In this document: one piece after another, positions 1-10,489 of the stretch
Numbering within the stretch: the first letter of the stretch is position 1
How the letters are laid out: the number at the start of each line of letters is the position of its first letter
NCBI GenBank assembly: GCA_032718475.1
Contig: JAUCBJ010003090.1
Span: 1-51,119 of the forward strand
Direction of reading: 5' to 3'
Length of the DNA: 51,119 bases
Origin: Nemertoderma westbladi
Taxonomy: Eukaryota > Animalia > Xenacoelomorpha
Notes under the pieces: model-generated
The model's database searches: none
Told to the model about the DNA's origin: nothing
The model's input: only the letters and a program-made list of their open reading frames with translations
Made by a program: the position numbers and the translations under genes

Positions 1-892
1 GGCTACGTTCCTATCGAATGGGGGTACAAAAAATATGTTGGCAATAGGGGCCAAAAAGGGCCAGAATTTGTAACGTAGTTTTTATCGAATAATTTTTTAT
101 TTTTGACTTTAGTTGGTTAAGGTACATTCTATACAGTCATTCAAATATGCTATCGGTTTTGCTCCAAGAATGATATTAAAAAAATGAGGGCCAACATTAT
201 AATTTCGCGCTTCAAACTCGCTTCGTGGGAAATCGTCTATCTCGAAAACTACTTAACTTACGGGAGATTTGTTTACACAGACTTATAGTGCGTTAAATTA
301 TCTATCTAACAGCATTAGTTACAGCGCCGTAGCTAAAGACGATCGTGTGAAATATAATATTTATAAAAAAGGGATGAAAAAATGTTTTTTCTTAATAAAT
401 CGTTACTCTATTATAATTTAGCTTTTTGCGCCAAAATTACCTGTAAAGTGTAGCAAATTAACTCCGTTATCTTTTTTCTTAACATTTATAATTAAAATTA
501 CGAATATTAAGGGTCGAAAAATATCTCGTCATTTTGGCCCTTTTTTTAATTTTTTATGGGGCCAAAAATTGTTACTGTTCGCCAGAACAGTATTCAATAC
601 CTACACTGCAATACAATATAAACTGTTACTGTTCGCGCTTTCGAAGACCTTTAGCAGTTTAACCTGCCAAAATTTATATGTCTTTTCGTTAATTAAAACC
701 ACTTTAGCATACGACAATAATTTATGCTAATACGCAAAACATTAGCCGAAGTCAGCCCATGCGCGATCATTCACCCGATGGATCTACACCCGGGAGACTG
801 AATTCGGATGCTTGAATTGTATTATTACAGTGTAAGGTTGCAGTGTATACCTAATGTATTATTCGATAGATCGTTAATAATTAATCTCTGAC

Positions 893-1885
893 AGATATTA
901 TTGGCTTTCGGGAAATATTAACAGTTCCTTTAGGACGTGGCGCTTTATCTATTTAAACAGAACTAAGACTTATACTAAACGCAACGATACTGCTTGGGAT
1001 TGAAGTATAAAGCGTATTCTTTAGGAAATACTTTGTTACCAATCACAATCATACACACTATTCTGCCGACAGTCAGTACATTTGATCACACATAAAGAGA
1101 GCAGTAATTGACTCACGTAGGGTCTGCTAAATAACATTGGATTCAATACACACCACATTAATATAAATCGCAATTGTTATATATAGCCGGTCTCTCTAAC
1201 CTGTAGTGTTATCAAGAAAATTGGGAATTGGGTGATTTATCCGTATTATCCAAATAGCAATATTTCCATCAACAAATATTTACAATTAATAACTGACGGT
1301 AAAATAACAGTACAAACAATATGATTAATGCAATTAAAAGTATCAAGGTGAGATGAGTGATTTAAGTCAGTGAGTTTAGTTAGGTAACAGTTTATACTTT
1401 CGATAATTCAAGCAGTTTACGGTACAGCAGTATCTATCCAAAAATGCCGGTGTTTCTGGCTTAGACAGCAATAACAACAAAGTATCAAGAAAAAACAGTA
1501 AGACTGAACACTCTCCTTATGATCGGCAGAAAAGCTACACGTCGACAGGAAAAACCGCCCTGATTGGCCCAAGCCAAACAAAGAACCACGCGGCCAATGG
1601 CTGTTTCCATGTCAGCAACCAGCTGCTAGATGTCGTAATATGAATCATCACGGCTAAACTGTGAAAGGTGGTTGATGCATTACAAGTTTTTTGTCTTACC
1701 ATGTCCGCTAAAACACGTATATAGCAGAATGATTTTTATGTCCGTTAAAACACCTGTAAAGGTACCTTGCGGGCGAGGGGAATATATATACAGTTAGAAA
1801 ACCTTTTTTAGAGTATTCCAGCGCCTGGGGGGAACTGGCCAGCATAGGCAATCGTATCAGTTATCCCACAAAAGCTTTTACAAAG
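893..1885. repeat. Dispersed repeat (probable non-autonomous DNA transposon); diverged inverted copy at ~47530-48425
   Basis: ACAGTTCCTTTAGGACGTGGCGCTTT (~921) is the reverse complement of ~48381-48406; ATGTCCGCTAAAACAC (~1701) matches the GTGTTTTAGCGGACAT repeats at ~47589 and ~47638. Boundaries approximate. Confidence 0.7.
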
Positions 1886-2039
1886 TTCATTGTTGTTATC
1901 TCCTGCATGGATGTGATAAATCTTTGATCCGAGTCACCGTCTGTGTCCGTTCAGTTTTACTGAACACAGTCGCCATATTTTATTTGCTCATTTTCTCTAA
2001 AATGTCTTCTATAGGACGTATGGAATTAATACAGTCTTA

Positions 2040-2547
2040 AGTAGTATATGTTTGTAGCCCCCCACGCCACGGTCACCCATAGCCCATTATTACCGTCCAT
2101 TTCTAGTACTGCATCCAATCAGAAGCCACCATTTCATCCTTTACCAGTGGTCGTTATTATTTCAACCAATCAGATGCCAGCATTTCAACCGTAACCATGG
2201 CAACTTCTCAAGTTCCCGCATCTTCCGCTAGAGGCGTTATTAGTCACCCAACGCTAGTACTGCATCCAATCACCAATCTTTATTTTACAGGTGTTCGGGT
2301 GTCTACACTTAGCATCAGGTAACGTCTACTATTTTTCAAATCGCTATTTTTCAGCAACCAGTATTTTCATATTCACCAACCTTTATTTTACAGGCGCTAC
2401 GAGTGTCTACAGGTAACGTCTACTATTTTTCAAATCGCTATTTTTCACCAACCTTTATTTTACAGACGCTAGAGGTGTCTACAGGTAACTTCTACTATTT
2501 TTCAAATCGCTATTTTTCAGCAACCAGTATTTTCATATTCACCAACC
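2040..2547 (+). repeat. Left TIR of the Polinton, with internal ~94-bp tandem units
   Basis: Reverse complement of ~29160-29692; first 146 bp identical by eye; about three copies of the ...GTGTCTACAGGTAACnTCTACTATTTTTCAAATCGC... unit. Confidence 0.95.
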
Positions 2548-3139
2548 ATTGCATATTCATCTTCGCGTAGCCTAACCTCACGATGCAAGGCTAGCCCCCA
2601 ACCCATCGCTACTCAATCCACGGCTGTTACCCACCCAGCCACCCACCAACCAACCAATCAACAGCGATGCTTGCCTAACCCTACGGTTATTCACCTTTTC
2701 GCCACGTTACCACCACTGCCACGTTACCACCACCACTGTATACTGTATATGGTGACGACGTGGCCATCTACACGCATCACGCATATATTATATTATATTG
2801 ATTGCCAACTCCACGACTGCTGTCGCCAAATCAACAAACCAACCAGTATGATACATGAAATTCCGCCACGTTCCAGCTACGCGTATACGAGCATTAGTGA
2901 TTATTATTATTATTATTACGCAGAACCAAATAATTTTTGTTTATACAGTAGTTCCCCACCGGCTAATCAACCAATCAATAAACCGAATTTAGGCTATTTC
3001 TCAGTTTAAGACCTGTATTATTTTTGAAAATATCTTATATATATAATCTCTTGCTTTAATCACAATTAATCATTTGTAATGGTTTTAGTTTAAAAGTTTT
3101 TACTTTGTTTGTTTGATTTACAATAAAATAAATTATATA

Positions 3140-3582
3140 ATGTCTTCTGATTCCGATATGGTTATGCCAATAGTAAGGCATTCATTTTTTGCAGAAGATG
3201 GTGAAGCCTATATTGTTATTGATTATACAATTTACCGTCAGGGAGATGATAAATATAAAATTGAGTTTTCTGAAAAAGCCAGGAAAGTTTTAAGCTCAAT
3301 TGATATTGATGCTTCTGATAATAGTATTCATCTCTTAGATTCAACCTGAAAGTTGAGCATGAGGGAAAATTAATCAACATCTTACTATTATCCATGATAG
3401 AGGGGTTAATTGTTATTACACAATACAACGAAGCTGGTGAAAAGTTTGAAATACGGCTAAATCGGCATAGCCCCTACGAAATTATGTCTTTCTTTATTGT
3501 AATCTTTTCAAAAGAATCCTTTGTCGAACCTGAAGAATCAACAGATAATGTTGAATATGTTGATAATATCATTGATTCTTGA
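3140..3582 (+). pseudogene. Unknown acidic protein, probably one frameshifted gene (track ORFs 3113-3349 and 3394-3582)
   Basis: ATG at 3140 after an AT-rich TATA-like stretch; the frame of the second ORF is open back to 3325 and overlaps the first, so one frameshift joins them into ~146 aa. No family recognised. Confidence 0.45.
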
Positions 3583-3776
3583 CTTTTCCCTCTATATTAT
3601 AAATATTTTATGATTATTTATAAAATTTTGATGTTTTTAATTATGAAAAAAAAAAAAAAAAATATCAAATTTTAAATAATCGAAAATTGTAGTAGTAATT
3701 GCATATACAGTATAACATATTTGTTTGTTGTTGTGTATTGAGGTAATTATTTTCAATTTACTTTAAAATTTGGAAA

Positions 3777-4226
3777 ATGGATATTTTAAATGAAAAATGT
3801 CCAGTTTGCTATTCTAAGTTATTGCAACATCGAGATTATTATAAATGTGAAAATAAACATGCAACTTGTGTACAATGTATTGTACAATATTCCGAAATGA
3901 ATAATTATTGTTCTAAAATTTGTCCTATTTGTCGCGCACCCATATCTAAGTTTAATATAAAGTTGGCAAGATACCAACCCTATTATTGGAAAGAGCTTCG
4001 CAATATAACTTATATTTCTGCGGAAAGTAATGATCCGGGAGATTTATTTACAATATTGGAGAATATTTTTTATAGAAATGTAGTACGATGGTGTTGCTAC
4101 TATATTCCTTATTTTTTTAGCAGCGAACATAAAAAAATCATTAGCGCGAAATTCTCGGGAAGTGATTTCCAAACCGCCGATGTTACCTATCATTATTTCG
4201 CGTATAAAGACGCTCACCATGCTTGA
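3777..4226 (+). CDS. RING-finger (C3HC4-like) protein, putative E3 ubiquitin ligase
   Basis: CPVC-x12-C-x3-H-x2-CVQC-x13-CPICR pattern at the N-terminus. Confidence 0.8.
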   Translation: MDILNEKCPVCYSKLLQHRDYYKCENKHATCVQCIVQYSEMNNYCSKICPICRAPISKFNIKLARYQPYYWKELRNITYISAESNDPGDLFTILENIFYRNVVRWCCYYIPYFFSSEHKKIISAKFSGSDFQTADVTYHYFAYKDAHHA

Positions 4227-4438
4227 AAATGAGTCTATACTATAATTGGAAATAGCACCTTTTGTTGCAGCGAGCGTCACATACTGTAGTTGTGTCATAT
4301 GTTAATTAAATATACAGTACTCTAATATTGTAGTTGCATCAATTATTGTTATATACATAGTAATGGTGATGGTTTATTGATATTGATATTTATATTATAT
4401 TATATTGTATTGTTGATATATCTTAATAATAATAATAA

Positions 4439-5119
4439 ATGGCTGACTTTAATTCAGGTCCATATAATTTAAACTTTCAAATGGGAACGAGTATGATAAT
4501 TTCTGGCCCATCTGGTTCTGGAAAGTCAACATTTGTTAGCAATTTAATTAAACACAAGAATGGTTGTTTCAACGAAGCCCCCTTGCGAGTATTGTATTGT
4601 TACGGGAGCAATCCCCCAACTATTCCTGGTATTACTCACCTTTACAAAGGTTTGCCAGAAAATATAGATAGTTTAGTGAATAGTCGAGATTTATTAATTA
4701 TAGATGATTTATTAACAGGAACTGAGTCCAGTACAGCTTTAACTGTATTGTTTACTAAGGTAGCTCATCATTCCAATATATTTATTTGTTTTATAACGCA
4801 AAACATGTTTTACAGTGGGAAGCATAACCGCACAAGATCAATTAATAGCCATACTTTAGTATTAATGAAAAATCCGCGAGACAGTTTATCGGTTTTAAAT
4901 TTCGCGAAGCAGATGTTACCAGGGCAGACCAAATTTTTAGTAGATTTATATCAAGATGCGACTATTGAACCATTTTCACATTTCTTAATTGATTTACGAC
5001 AGGAAACACCCGAACATTTAAGATTTAGATCGGATATATTTCGTAATCATAATTGTTACATTAAAAATTACATTGACTATAAACGTAGCGAAAATAATAA
5101 TAATAATAATAATAAATAA
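4439..5119 (+). CDS. A32/FtsK-like DNA packaging ATPase
   Basis: Walker A GPSGSGKS, Walker B LLIIDD, FTKVAHH...FITQN and KNPRD motifs typical of Polinton ATPases. Confidence 0.95.
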   Translation: MADFNSGPYNLNFQMGTSMIISGPSGSGKSTFVSNLIKHKNGCFNEAPLRVLYCYGSNPPTIPGITHLYKGLPENIDSLVNSRDLLIIDDLLTGTESSTALTVLFTKVAHHSNIFICFITQNMFYSGKHNRTRSINSHTLVLMKNPRDSLSVLNFAKQMLPGQTKFLVDLYQDATIEPFSHFLIDLRQETPEHLRFRSDIFRNHNCYIKNYIDYKRSENNNNNNNK

Positions 5120-5156
5120 TTAATATTTTGTAACAATTTTCAATAATGTTGCAACA

Positions 5157-5540
5157 ATGAATAGACTTGTGCAGAAATATCGCAACGAACTGGAATTTCT
5201 ACGCAGCGCTACCCCTCAACAAAGAACTTATTTTATTAACCATACCGCGAGTAACGAATTAATACGGCTCATTGTAAATACTGCATTAAATGTTCTAAAA
5301 GGTAACGTACAATTGTCCCCTCATTCATTTAGAAATATCCGCCGCTATAAAAAGGTATTGAAATCACTCAACCGTAAAACAAAAAATATATCAAGTTACA
5401 GAAAAAAGTTAAGCAATCAATCTGGAGGCATACTACCGTTTCTAATACCCTTACTCGGTATTGGTGCGAAACTCGCCGCGAGTGCCGGTGCTGCAGCCGC
5501 TGGAGCGGCTATTGCGAAAAAAATTAACCGTGGATGGTAA
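5157..5540 (+). CDS. Basic core protein with adenovirus pX-like C-terminus
   Basis: Lys/Arg-rich body, then QSGG|ILPFLIPLLGIGAKLAASAGAAAAG, resembling adenovirus pX RGG|ILPLLIPLIAAAIG. Confidence 0.75.
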   Translation: MNRLVQKYRNELEFLRSATPQQRTYFINHTASNELIRLIVNTALNVLKGNVQLSPHSFRNIRRYKKVLKSLNRKTKNISSYRKKLSNQSGGILPFLIPLLGIGAKLAASAGAAAAGAAIAKKINRGW

Positions 5541-5542
5541 TA

Positions 5543-5713
5543 ATGGTTAAAACAGGAGTAACATTTAGAAAATTATATTTAGTATCGAGTAAACCGTTAG
5601 CTACTGATTTAAAACCTCAAGATATACCTAGAGTAAATACTACAAAAAGAAAACCCTTTAAAATATCAACTTCAAAGAAAACAATAAAAAAATTTCAGTT
5701 GTTTTTACGGTGA
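5543..5713 (+). pseudogene. Short basic ORF (56 aa), probably the truncated 5' end of a Polinton gene; not in the ORF track
   Basis: ATG 2 nt after the previous stop; MVKTGVTFRKLYLVSSKP...FLR*; lies next to the apparent deletion that removed the integrase N-terminus. Confidence 0.4.
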
Positions 5714-5819
5714 TGCCCTTTATAAGAGATTTGAATATACATATTACTTGCGGTTGTCGAAAAGATGCCACGCAAGATGAAACCGATTTTAAGCCGAAGC
5801 TTAGACAAAAAACTGTTAA

Positions 5820-6725
5820 CCACGTAGACATCATTATCCATCATCTAAAATATTTACGGGAGGCTTAAAAGATATATATATGATAGATCTGGTGGATATG
5901 CAGCAATATAAATCGCAAAATAATAATTATAACTATATATTAACATGTATTGATGCCTTTAGCCGGCTTGCTTTTGCCTATGGTATGAAAACAAAAAAGG
6001 GTATTGAAATTATTAGTATATTGCAAAAAATATTCCAGAAAGGAAAACCAAACAGAATCGCAACCGATCAAGGGTCTGAGTTTCTAAATAAATCTGTAAG
6101 GAAATATTTAGATACTATTGGTATAAAGTATTATGTAATGTATTCTGTGAATAAGGCGGCTATTGTTGAGAGATTCAATAGAACATTAAAAACAAGGATG
6201 TTCAAAATTTTCACACAACGGGGTAATAATGTTTGGATAAAAATTTTACCGAAGCTCATTTATGCTTATAATAGGTCATATCATAGGACAATAAAAATGA
6301 CACCCATTGAAGTTAATAAATTTAATGAAACTGAATTAATGAATAGATTATATGGGAAATATAGACAGATTAATCACAAGAAAATAAAATTTAAAGTTGG
6401 AGATACAGTACGATTATCTATCGCTTGTACTGCTTTTGCTAAAGGCTATCGAGAACAATGGACACGCGAATTATTTATTATTCATCGGGTCAGATTGGAT
6501 AGAGTACCAGCGGTAATGTTCGATATTAAGGACAGCGCTGGAGCTATAATAAATGGCTCATTTTATTCATACGAACTCCAAAAGGTCCACCCGAATAGTA
6601 ATATTTATCTCCCGATTGATAAAAATATTGGCAAACTTAAAGAACGTGTACGCAATGGGAAAAAAGAATATTTAGTCCGATTCATCGGATCCAAGAAACA
6701 GTCGTGGGTACAGCATATTCAATAA
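5820..6725 (+). CDS. Retroviral-like (rve) DDE integrase with chromodomain-like C-terminus; 5'-truncated
   Basis: DLVDM (D), TDQGSEF (D), IVERFNRTLK (E); C-terminal EYLVRFIG...SWV. Frame is open upstream of the track ATG (PRRHHYPSSKIFTGGLKDIY) back to a TAA at 5817-5819; the usual N-terminal domain is absent. Confidence 0.93.
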   Translation, partial: PRRHHYPSSKIFTGGLKDIYMIDLVDMQQYKSQNNNYNYILTCIDAFSRLAFAYGMKTKKGIEIISILQKIFQKGKPNRIATDQGSEFLNKSVRKYLDTIGIKYYVMYSVNKAAIVERFNRTLKTRMFKIFTQRGNNVWIKILPKLIYAYNRSYHRTIKMTPIEVNKFNETELMNRLYGKYRQINHKKIKFKVGDTVRLSIACTAFAKGYREQWTRELFIIHRVRLDRVPAVMFDIKDSAGAIINGSFYSYELQKVHPNSNIYLPIDKNIGKLKERVRNGKKEYLVRFIGSKKQSWVQHIQ

Positions 6726-6990
6726 GTTTAGGTTTATACTGTATATTAATTCATTTTGGGCACATATGTCCGTAATTAATTAATCAATCAATATTAACTC
6801 GAATGATATTACTATACTATAGTTCATTCGCTTTAAATAAAGCTAGTAAAATATTGATCCCTCGCATATACTGTAGAAGCGCATATACTGTAGAAGAGGG
6901 GGGAATGATGTCTATAATTTAACATTATACCGGACTGTACTGTACTGTATGTACAAAGGAGTCAAGTAGAGAGCTTAAATAATAATAATA

Positions 6991-7328
6991 ATGGCTGTAG
7001 ATACATATATCACTCTACTTTCAGATAGCTCATTAAACACTTACCCCAATAATAACCCTAGTGAGTTTACTGTTGATTTAGCCGAAGAATTATATATTGA
7101 TCCAAACGCTAAAATTGGACTCGCGGAGATACAATATCAAGCAACATACAGTAATATTACTCTGCAAACTCAAATCTCGCTGTCAATCGGGGTAGATGCA
7201 AAGATGCCAAATAACTAAAAACAATCTTAATTACTTTACGTGACGGCCAAGGCGAATTAATTACTTTCAGCGGAGGTCGCACTGTTATAACACTTAAGTT
7301 AATATGCAGTGGTGGTGGTGATGGATGA
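6991..7328 (+). pseudogene. Penton/minor capsid paralogue 1, internally deleted
   Basis: N-terminus YITLLSDSSLNTYPNNNPSEFTVDL...IGLAEIQY (6991-7218) and, in another frame, C-terminus LKTILITLRDGQGELITFSGGRTVITLKL (7215-7328); both parallel the ends of the next ORF. Confidence 0.8.
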
Positions 7329-8166
7329 GCTCTACGTTAGACTACCAAGTAACTCCTGTCCAATTGATTTTCCTCGTAATACTGCTAGTAATTATCAGAT
7401 AAATTTCCATGGCACCTTACCTATAAATCCAAACGAAAACTGGGTGGTAGGTATAAAAAGTATATTTTACTTAGCCATATTGCCGTCCATGTATAACAAT
7501 GTAGAGAATGTTATTTTATTAAAAAAAGGGAAAAAAATTTTTGAGGATACACTTCCATCCGGTTTGTTCTACAGTATCAATGACATTATAGATTATTTTA
7601 ACACTGGAGCGTTGAAAGATAAATTACAAATAGTTGAAAATACTCAGCAAAATAGGGTGCAATTTATTTTAGGGAAAACTGTACTAGAGTTATTTATAGG
7701 TCAACAATTAGCCTATTATTTTGGAATTACTGAAAATAATCTCGGCGCGAATTTAAATCCAAATTTTAAAATTATTTTGAAGACGAAAAATAATATAAAG
7801 GGTTACTTAATAAAGGTTATCGGAAATGAAGAAAAAGCTTACCAGATGGTATTTTTATGCCCTCAACCACCCAATTCTATTCCAGAACCTAAATCGAACA
7901 TGTACGTGACTACTAATATAATTGAAAATGAATATATTAATGACTTTGGTTTAGCCTTACTTCGTCGTGTCGCGATACCTGATGATGTGAAATATGGTAG
8001 TGTAATAAATAAAGAATTTGTCAAGGATACAATTCATTATATCCCTGTAAAAAAATCATATAAGATAACATACATTCATATTGAAATAACAGACAAAGAA
8101 GGAAAAGATTTGAATTTTGAATACAGGACAACTTCAATTACCTTACACTTTAAACGAATAAATTAA
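7321..8166 (+). CDS. Penton/minor capsid protein (single jelly-roll), paralogue 2
   Basis: LYVRLPSNSCPIDFPRNTASNY...WVVGIKSI N-terminus; MYVTTNII, LLRRV, HYIPV and IHIEITDKEGKDLNF...ITLHFKR C-terminus typical of Polinton minor capsid. ATG 7321 preferred over the track GTG start. Confidence 0.88.
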   Translation: MDELYVRLPSNSCPIDFPRNTASNYQINFHGTLPINPNENWVVGIKSIFYLAILPSMYNNVENVILLKKGKKIFEDTLPSGLFYSINDIIDYFNTGALKDKLQIVENTQQNRVQFILGKTVLELFIGQQLAYYFGITENNLGANLNPNFKIILKTKNNIKGYLIKVIGNEEKAYQMVFLCPQPPNSIPEPKSNMYVTTNIIENEYINDFGLALLRRVAIPDDVKYGSVINKEFVKDTIHYIPVKKSYKITYIHIEITDKEGKDLNFEYRTTSITLHFKRIN

Positions 8167-8167
8167 A

Positions 8168-8734
8168 ATGGATTCCGATTTATTTCAAAGATACAGTAAA
8201 CCTCAATATGGGGGTGCAGACTCTAATCTTGCTGTTTTTAAAGGTGGTAGAAGTACGAGAGGCTCGACGCAAGTTCCTGTTTTTCGTGGTGGTTCATATA
8301 TTGACCCTTACGGACAACAAATTGGTGCATTTGGTCCAAACTTAAAACAACGTCGTTTTCAACCTTATCGTAGAGGTATGTTGCGAACAAATCAACACGG
8401 GGAAGGTATATTTACAGACGCTTTATCTACATTGAAAAAATTTGGTAAGCCATTAGCAAAAAAAGTGTTACAAAAAGCTTTACCATTTACCACAAAATTT
8501 ATGAGACAACACGTAATACCAAAAGGTAAGCGGGTCTTACATCAGCAGGCTAATACGGTTATTAATAAAGCATTAAATAAAATGAAACCATCCACAAGAT
8601 CTGTTGTAGAAAAAGTTTATAGAGACTTAAAGCGACCTACTAGACCAATGTCTATGAACATACATCATCGACATAGTAAAAAGAGAAAAATAATAAAAGG
8701 CAAACTGAAACACTGCGAAAAAAGTATTTTTTAA
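8168..8734 (+). CDS. Basic virion core / membrane-active precursor (pVI/pVII-like)
   Basis: Repeated xxGG motifs (QYGG, FKGG, FRGG), QHGEG followed by amphipathic IFTDALSTLKKFGKPLAKKVLQKAL; very basic; lies between penton and major capsid genes. Confidence 0.7.
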   Translation: MDSDLFQRYSKPQYGGADSNLAVFKGGRSTRGSTQVPVFRGGSYIDPYGQQIGAFGPNLKQRRFQPYRRGMLRTNQHGEGIFTDALSTLKKFGKPLAKKVLQKALPFTTKFMRQHVIPKGKRVLHQQANTVINKALNKMKPSTRSVVEKVYRDLKRPTRPMSMNIHHRHSKKRKIIKGKLKHCEKSIF

Positions 8735-8736
8735 TA

Positions 8737-10003
8737 ATGTCAATTATTAAGGAATTAGATTTATTTTCTACACAGCCAATACAGACTGAATTTAAAGCAA
8801 AGCATTATGAAACAATTTACCCGGTATCCAATCTCAGAAGTGAGTCTAGGGAAGTCACGTTCCTTGTACCAAGATCCAATGAATTCTATACGAAACTGCA
8901 AGATGCGTTATTAATTACAAAATGTACTGTACGGTGGGATAGACGACTTGAAAACTCCCATATTTATTTATATGTTGAATTACCCCGCTGGAACTATGTG
9001 GAGTGATATTAAAATAGACCTTAATGAGAAGCAGGTTGAAAATAGCAATAACCATTATTTCTACAAGTCGTACTTATCCAATTTACTATTTACAACATAC
9101 GAAACTAAAAATGGGCTACTGGGGGCGGGTGGCTTTTATCAGCCTTTATCCGAACACGGAAATGAAATTGATCCTGGTGCGCATCCTATTGCCGATGCCT
9201 TTAGTAAACAAATGCAATTTGTAAGTGGATTGACAATTGATTTTGATACTGAAACTAAAATAATACAACCCGGGTATGATTTAAGAATGCATTTTAGAAA
9301 AGTATCAAATTCGTTTATTTTTAAAATCACTCCAAACGCAAACGCTGTGACAAATCTTCGGTTAGAATTAGATGAAGTAAAGATCCTAATCCCTAGAATG
9401 GAGGTTAATCCCGTAATAGAAAGCAGTCACCTTAAAGGTTTAGAGAGTTACGATATTGAATATCAATTCCAAAAAAAGGAGGTTACAACATTTACTATTC
9501 CTGCACAAACCACAAATTACACCCAAACAAACATATTTGATGGTAAAAACCCAAATTAGTTATTATCGGTTTTATAACAAATAATGCATATTCGGGAGAA
9601 TTAATTAGCAATCCCTTGAAATTTGAACATTTTAACCTTAGACGTGCGGAACTGATTGTAGTAGACTGAACTTCCAGTAGTTGGTGTAATATACGAGCCT
9701 AATTTTACAGATGGAACATACATTTTTGAGTATACTCAATTAATGAAAAACATTAATACATATATTAACGGTAATGGAGGTAATAATATAGACCATGAAA
9801 CCTACTTAGGTAATTGCCCACTCATATCCTGGGACCTAACCGCCGATGGTTATGTTAGAGATCCGCAACCATCGATATATACTAACGGCCAATTAAAATT
9901 AAGATTTGCCGAACCGCTGGTTGAGACCATAAATGTAATCGTTTTTAATATTTATGATCAATCATTAAGTTTAAATAGCAGGAAAGAAATACATATCGAT
10001 TAA
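8737..10003 (+). pseudogene. Major capsid protein (double jelly-roll), three frameshifts
   Basis: ELDLFSTQPIQT start; NYPAGTMWSDIKIDLNEKQV...YFYKSYL; after a shift at ~9554 LVIIGFITNNAYSGELISNPLKFEHFNL; after a shift at ~9665 YEPNFTDGTYIFEYTQL...WDLTAD...LRFAEPL. First shift at ~8935-8950. Confidence 0.9.
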
Positions 10004-10005
10004 GT

Positions 10006-10458
10006 ATGTTATCTACAGAGGACCTTGATATGTTTCCAGTGGGTAGTCACTATTTGGGCGCGTTTCCATCTAACAAATTACCTAAATTAGATAATAATAA
10101 ACGGAGAGATTATGGGTTAATAGTAAATACCGATAAACAGCATCTACCCGGGGTTCATTGGATTGCTATATATATATGAGATAATGAGGCTGAATTATTT
10201 AATTCATTCGGACCAAAATATCCAAACAGATGTATCGAAAAATGGCTTGAGAAAAATTCAGCAAGATGGCGTACTACCCGGAAACAATTTCAAGACCCCA
10301 GGAGGACCACATGTGGATTATACTGTCTTTATTACTTGGTAAATCGAATTCATACAAACTATCCAATGAGAGCGTTTACAAATAATGTGGAAATAAATGA
10401 AATAATATTATATAAATGGCTTGTTAATTATTATAAAATAAACCAACAAGCGTTGTAA
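10006..10458 (+). pseudogene. Adenain-type (C5) cysteine maturation protease with an in-frame stop; missing from the ORF track
   Basis: Manual translation: YLGAFPSNKLP...LIVNTDKQHLPGVHWIAIYI*DNEAELFNSFG...QFQDPRRTTCGLYCLYYL; TGA at 10177-10179; the usual FDSFG reads FNSFG. Confidence 0.92.
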
Positions 10459-10489
10459 TTAATCATTTAACTTTTGTTTATCAGATAAA

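Noticed and set aside
1-600. Possible transposon end at the window start
   Set aside because: Repeat-like composition but no TIR, TSD or partner copy identifiable within the window.
2671-3009. 112-aa ORF next to the left TIR
   Set aside because: TTG start, low-complexity CCA/TAT content, no recognisable motif.
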